A stretch of 63,875 nt of DNA, counting the filler, from Neolecta irregularis DAH-3 (taxonomy: Eukaryota), in the NCBI GenBank assembly GCA_001929475.1. It is 15 parts of 15 records of this genome, joined end to end, with 100 filler letters (N's around TTAATTAATTAA, not from the genome) between each part and the next. Parts side by side here need not be neighbours in the genome. Positions count along the whole stretch, not along the records: positions 57,918 to 59,400 come from LXFE01002266.1; positions 59,501 to 61,316 come from LXFE01002270.1; positions 61,417 to 62,743 come from LXFE01002289.1; positions 62,844 to 63,875 come from LXFE01002291.1; 11 more parts are not named here. One strand, given 5' to 3'. A program made the translations under genes and the position numbers. Positions 58,394 through 63,875 of the stretch are shown here, piece after piece (position 1 is the stretch's first letter; every line of letters begins with the position of its first letter). The notes beneath the pieces are model-generated. The model had not been told where the DNA came from and made no database searches. It saw only the letters and a program-made list of their open reading frames with translations.

Positions 58394-58545
58394 GGCGGGT
58401 GGGTAGACACACTGAATAAAGAATGGGTATATAGGTAACAGAAACTACATCTTGACTAGGTTCAATGATCTCCTTCTGCCTGACTTGATTCTGTAATTGA
58501 TCTCCCTCTAACCATCTTGATTCTGTCAGCTTATGTCTGAATATT

Positions 58546-58983
58546 TCACCTACAAGACATAAAAATTGATCCCGACGTAGGACAGTTTTGCGACAAGGTG
58601 ATGGATATCTGTTTTGATGTGCATTCGAAGAACGTTCCTACATTATCATATTCAAGCTGATTGACATTGATAGAAAATCTGTTGTGTTGATCGGGCACGT
58701 CGAGGAATGCAACTATTTGATCAAGATGTGTTTTGTCGACACCCATGAGAATTTTCCCATTAGTAGCGAACGTGTAAACGGAGATCGCTCCATAGCCTGG
58801 GTGCAACCCATTTACCCACATATTTTCATCTGCACCCCCAACTATGAGACGATGATCGATGGTCATACTCAAGGGAATATTGCCAACTCCCACCTTTTTA
58901 AAATACCAAATTCCATTGGGCACTGTAGTATCTGCGACACAGAATGTCAAAATGAAGCAGGCAATGATAGCGAGAAAGTCCAT
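58546..58983 (-). CDS. Small secreted protein (145 aa)
   Basis: Signal peptide MDFLAIIACFILTFCVA and C-terminal FSINVNQLEYDNVGTFFECTSKQISITLSQNC. Intronless. Confidence 0.75.
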   Translation of the reverse strand: MDFLAIIACFILTFCVADTTVPNGIWYFKKVGVGNIPLSMTIDHRLIVGGADENMWVNGLHPGYGAISVYTFATNGKILMGVDKTHLDQIVAFLDVPDQHNRFSINVNQLEYDNVGTFFECTSKQISITLSQNCPTSGSIFMSCR

Positions 58984-59114
58984 TGAGAGTGATGGTTCTG
59001 GTATGAATGAGCGCCGTTCTTATAATTTCTCTTTAGGCTATCCTCTCTACTTTCTGCCTATTGGCGACTCGAACACTATCACTCTACTACAAACGTTTGC
59101 CCTATTATTCTATC

Positions 59115-59343
59115 TGTAAGTGTTGAAGCTCGAGTTCGAATAAGACTAGGTTTATTATACTAGCCTAAGTGACTGAACTTGCGCGGACATACCTAGTCTA
59201 AGTGACTGAACTTGGCTAGGGAATGAACACCTATCTACTTTATACAATACAAATTAAATTGCTGCAATATTATTGCAAGCCTTCCTTCCGTAATGGTGAG
59301 CTCTACCCGAGGTATTGTTGTGTTCTGCAAGTATATAGATTAG
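59115..59343 (+). mobile_element. Probable solo LTR remnant (TGTAAGTGTTG family)
   Basis: TGTAAGTGTTGAAGCTCGAGTTCGAATAAGACTAGG, with an internal repeat ctag-ctaagtgactgaacttg. The 3' end is approximate. Confidence 0.55.
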
Positions 59344-59631
59344 TTCCCCGCCTCTCCCAGCTCGCGCGCCCGCCTCTCCCAGCTCGCGCGCCCGCCTCTC
59401 NNNNNNNNNNNNNNNNNNNNNNNNNNNNNNNNNNNNNNNNNNNNTTAATTAATTAANNNNNNNNNNNNNNNNNNNNNNNNNNNNNNNNNNNNNNNNNNNN
59501 TCGATATCACCGAATATTGCAATAAGTGGGTCAATATTGTGGCTGGCGAACGCACCCTTATTTATATTCAGATGGGAAACCAAATTGTGATAAAGAGTGA
59601 ATAAACATTATGCTATGTAGATGTTATAGGA

Positions 59632-61153
59632 CTACACTTTGGCAAATAAAGTCCTATTCAAACTCCATCGAACCTTTGCGATAAAAAGACTTCCAATAAT
59701 CATAGCAGCACCGCTGAGTGCAAAAGCAAGATCCCAATTGAGAAGAATCGCGACTGGGGTACCGAAAAGTACTCCCAGTGTAGCCGAAAAGTTGAACATT
59801 CCTAATTGAGCGGCAAATCCCTTTCCCACGGCGATGCGTTTCATAGAAACGGCATAGAGTGAAAAGTAACCGCCACTTAGAAATCCATAGAGGATGGAGA
59901 AGAAAAACACCGAGTCTATGGTTTTATTAGGGAGCCAAAAGCAAATGTTGACAAGACCGGTTAGAAAGGTTGTGGATGTAAGGACGTTCAAATTTCCGTA
60001 ACGATCTGCGAGATAGCCACTGCTTGTAAGTGTATTTGTTGGAAAAGGGGGTGGGGGTGTACGCTAACAGATTTCCGGGGATAGAAGCGGCGTTCATTAG
60101 ACATATTGTCAAGTAGGCAGTTGTTACGCCGTTCAATCTGAGCCACCAGACTGTGAAGAATGGTGCAACCCAAAATCCAAAGCCTTGAATGGTGAGAAAG
60201 GGATGATGTGAGTGGAAAGTACTTGATACAAGATTGCCAAGACACATGAAGACGAAGCGGTTGTCTTTAAATGCAGTGAAGTCCCATTTTCCGACTTTCT
60301 GGGAACTCTTTGGTATTCGTTCTTTGACGAGGAAGGTTGCTATGAATAGCTCTACTGCGACGATTATGGCGATGATTCCTAGAGTTAGAGGGAGCTTGAT
60401 ATGTGTATATGTACGATTTGCCATGGGGAAGTCGAGCTTTTTGTAGGCATAATAGAATATAACTGGCCAGGTAACGCCGCCGAGATAGGCGCCGCAAAAG
60501 GAGATTCCGACGGCCAGCGCTCTTTTCTGCCTGAACCACTGAGTGACTGCGTAGAGGGCGGGATTGTAGCAGAGGCCGATGCCGGTGCCGAGGAGGATTG
60601 AATGGCTGAGATAGAATTCCCAGAGCTGTTCCGAGAGGGACACGCAAAACAGACTGTATACGATAAAACTGCTACCAACGATGAGCGAGGCACGGGCGGA
60701 GACTCTGTTGACGAGACGACCAGCGACAAGACCCGAGAGGTTGAGCACTGCGAGCTGAAGGGCGCCGATGGAGATGATCCACTGGGGCGGTTTGTCGACG
60801 AAGAGGACCTCTGCAGTGTCAGAAGAGCAGACTATGTATCGGAAACGTGCTTTGGTAGTAGATGTTCCAGATGCCAAAGGACTGCAGGTAAACAGGACGC
60901 ACACACACAAATATATACCAAAACAAGGCCAAAACCGGCGTGGAAGACGAGAAAAGCACCGAGGACAACGACCCAGCCGTAACCGCCCTCTGCCGATTAG
61001 CATATATGCATTCGACATCTCTCAACCGGGATACGCAACAAGACTGTGCTGCCGGGTCCTGTCGACGGTCGCAACGCCGCCGACATAGTCGCGCTCTAGA
61101 AAGGCCAAGTCAGACTTGATATCTGCGAAAAACGTGTTTGACTTGGTGATCAT
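59632..61153 (-). CDS. MFS monocarboxylate-transporter-like (Mch family) permease
   Basis: Spliced YPEGGYGWVVVLGAF, LLGTGIGLCYNPALYAVTQWFRQKRALAVGI, WDFTAFKDNRF, MNAASIPG and LADRYGNLN. Confidence 0.88.
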
Positions 61154-61416
61154 GGTCAGGAACAGCGCATTACCGCCTGAACGACTTTGATCGCCGGTTG
61201 CAGCAATGCCCGATGGGAGTGGGGTGTCACGTGATCGGCACTCCTCCTGGCGGCAGGCGGAGTAAGCGTGCCATGACTTCGCTGTTCCCGCCGAGCCTCG
61301 AGCAGAATCCGTTCCGNNNNNNNNNNNNNNNNNNNNNNNNNNNNNNNNNNNNNNNNNNNNTTAATTAATTAANNNNNNNNNNNNNNNNNNNNNNNNNNNN
61401 NNNNNNNNNNNNNNNN

Positions 61417-61505
61417 CACCCACCGCAATACTAACCAGACTCTTCCGGGCTTAACTTTGCAGATCGGACGGGATGCAGTGCTGTGCCGGAGATATGAACG
61501 CATCT
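61417..61505 (-). rRNA. 5S rRNA gene, 3' end cut by contig edge
   Basis: The reverse strand AGATGCGTTCATATC...GCATCCCGTCCGATCTGCAAAGTTAAGC...GGTTAGTATTGCGGTGGGTG contains the conserved eukaryotic 5S CCCGTCCGATC, box A AGTTAAGC and TTAGTA elements. Confidence 0.9.
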
Positions 61506-62301
61506 GTGATGAAGTGAATACTAGTCACTATATTCAGTAATCTTTATGCCAAGCTTAAAAGTTGCATTACCGATGATGAAAACTAGAACGCTCACATTGC
61601 AAAATCAAATGATCAAATAATAGAAATTAATACCCAGTTCAATTTTCCAACACAATTTCCAAATTGTAGCATTTACCATTATGGGGCAAGTTTGGAGCGC
61701 AATTATTCATATCCTTTCCCCGTTTATCACTGTTGACTGATCACTCCGAGGCAGAGTGGGGTTTACATCCGTCAACAGTTATTACCAGCTCCAATATGTG
61801 AAATAGCTGCAAACAGTATCTTTGCAGCGCATTATGAAAATACCATGATTAATATAAGAAAAGCAAGAGATCAAGATACCTTGTCTTGTATTTGGACTAG
61901 TAGGGATGATAGCTAGGATAGTCAAGGGCCTAATTCGAGTGACAAAGTGCAGCCGATAATTTAGAGGGCACATAAAAAGGGGCACTGATCCTGAGAGATA
62001 GCGAGGTTATCTCACAAACTATGAATCTAGCTTATGAGAGGAAGACGGATAGTATAGCAAAATCTTGTAGGGCAAAAGTGGGTTGCACGAGGGAGATTGG
62101 ATTGAAATGGGAAAAGAGTCCTGTGAATTTTTGCAAGGATATTTTGCAAAGGTCGAATAAGAGATAGCTTTTAAAAGTACTACTCAGAATAATAGAAGAG
62201 GGCGGAAGAGAATATGGTAATCGTATGGTAAGGATTCCGATATCGAAAAGTCGAGTGATGTATGGAACAAATGTAATTCGTACCAAAGGAATGAACAAAT
62301 T

Positions 62302-62743
62302 TTACTCTTTCTTCGCCTTGGGCCCCTTGACTTTGGCAGTACCGCGTAGTTTTGCCGCACGATTCTTCCGTTGCTTGCGTTGTTGTCTGGACGGCTTTTC
62401 CACTTTGCTAGCTGCTCCGATTCTGACGAGTCTGTATCGTGGCTGAATGTTAAAATTGAATATGAAGAGGAAATATACCTCAAACTTTTTCAGGGCCTCT
62501 ACGCTATCGTAAATTAATGCGAAACCTGTTGATTTTCCGCCGCCAAATTGGGTTCGGAAACCAAAGCATTGAACCTGGTCTTTGGAAACTTTATACTGCA
62601 ACAATTGGCGACAGCGCGGTACAAGAATTTACCAGCTCAGTGAGTTTTGCTCTGAGTTCGTCTTTGCTGACATTTGCCCGATTTGGGTGAAGAACATCGA
62701 CAACCATTTGCTTTCGCTATTATGCATAAATTTTCTTCCTTTT
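62302..62743 (-). CDS. RPS24: 40S ribosomal protein S24 (eS24), 5' truncated
   Basis: [46 protein letters not shown] and [18 protein letters not shown]. Confidence 0.97.
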
Positions 62744-62843
62744 NNNNNNNNNNNNNNNNNNNNNNNNNNNNNNNNNNNNNNNNNNNNTTAATTAATTAAN
62801 NNNNNNNNNNNNNNNNNNNNNNNNNNNNNNNNNNNNNNNNNNN

Positions 62844-63143
62844 CTCGTGGCCGGGGAAGCAGATCCGAAGATTAGCATGGTCGTAACAAAAGATGGAAAG
62901 CTGAATATCGCTCTTCAAATTGGATTAGGAACGACAATAATGGTGGATGTCGACGGCAACAATCAAATAATTAAAGCCAACGGATCACCCAAATACAGTC
63001 ATTTTTCCAAGACTGTTGATATGCTTGTAAACGATAAGGGCCTTTATTTCTATCAATGTACGAAGACAAATAGATTATCGATTAGATCGTCGCAGGACTG
63101 TTTAGCAGAGCGAATTGTGCACCTGATGGCTCAAACCCATTGA
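62844..63143 (+). CDS. C-terminal part of a probable small secreted protein related to 58546-58983
   Basis: FSKTVDMLVNDKGLYFYQCTKTNRLSIRSSQDC aligns with FSINVNQLEYDNVGTFFECTSKQISITLSQNC. Confidence 0.6.
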   Translation, partial: LVAGEADPKISMVVTKDGKLNIALQIGLGTTIMVDVDGNNQIIKANGSPKYSHFSKTVDMLVNDKGLYFYQCTKTNRLSIRSSQDCLAERIVHLMAQTH

Positions 63144-63875
63144 AACATCCGAGACTGGAGTGGCATAACGGATTATGCAGATATCGTCGAGATGAGTTGA
63201 TGGTAAGAAGGTTGGAGGTATATAGTCACGTATAATTAATCAGTGAACTACAGAAGAATAGATATCAGAATAGATATTGAATGGATTCTCGAGAATAGAT
63301 ATCCTCACATCCACATGTGAGGATATGTATTGATCACGTGATGTTATTACCACTAATTACAATAATGGTTGATAATAGCTAGAAACCGGCATGACGCTTG
63401 TGGAATACGAGGATGACAAGCCGATGGTTGATGAAGGGATGTACATCATCTTGGGGGATGCGAGGCTAAAGCAGCATCCGGATTACGTGCTGGTGAACCC
63501 GTGGGTGGTGCTGGACAAGTATTTGCGCAGAGTACCGGCTGCGGCGATCGACGTGAAGGACGCAGGAGCGGCAGCGGAAGCGGGGCAAAACCCTAATAAA
63601 GCGAGTGGGAAACTCAATAGTGGTTATTCAATAAATTAATCATTTGCATGATGGATCCTCAATTCTATCTATGCACGACAATAAAAGGATATCGATTACC
63701 TCGTCGTGAATGTTCAGCAGCTCAATGGTTGTACGAAGTGAAATATCTCCGACATGAGTTGACAGAAAGAATGAAGCATGATTTAGAGTTGTATTGTTGT
63801 AGAGAATATTTGTATATTTAATCTCCGAGGTTAAGTGACAATCTTCTCGTAGTCGTAAGGCTTGCTTTGATATTC

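Larger units (their letters stand above)
29271..62843. other. 14 artificial contig linkers N44-TTAATTAATTAA-N44, starting near 29271, 31395, 38341, 42082, 44804, 48227, 51825, 53385, 55143, 56303, 57818, 59401, 61317 and 62744
   Basis: An identical 100-nt spacer with stop codons in all six frames, a standard pseudomolecule linker. Confidence 0.98.

Overview
Eukaryotic (fungal) genomic DNA with very short spliceosomal introns (mostly about 32-50 nt). The intron style and gene set suggest an early-diverging ascomycete (Taphrinomycotina, Neolecta-like); this is inference only. The window is not contiguous. It is 15 assembly pieces joined by 14 artificial 100-nt linkers (N44-TTAATTAATTAA-N44), so neighbours across linkers are not genomic neighbours. 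Bases 1-29270 form a gene-dense contig: RNase T2, a LIM protein, a NuSAP-like protein, Ku80, two tandem Zn2Cys6 factors, Pam18, cytochrome c peroxidase, an arrestin-like protein, SCPx-type thiolase, dynactin p62, a membrane protein, a pogo-like MITE and Med15. The smaller pieces carry paxillin, a GPI protein, Med19, Amn1, Aha1, Snz1, an MFS transporter, 5S rRNA, Rps24, an eIF2-gamma pseudogene, hAT and Ty3/Gypsy debris, and several small secreted proteins. Four observations stand out. (1) A Pro-rich protein with three WH2-like motifs and an acidic Trp tail (WASP-like) shares a near-identical intron with a signal-peptide-bearing Pro-rich gene start on another contig, making it a candidate secreted actin-nucleation effector. 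(2) Med15 carries an inserted ARID domain. (3) There is a fungal NuSAP-like gene. (4) Host gene fragments sit inside hAT-associated repeats. All family assignments come from motif recognition by eye, with no database searches.
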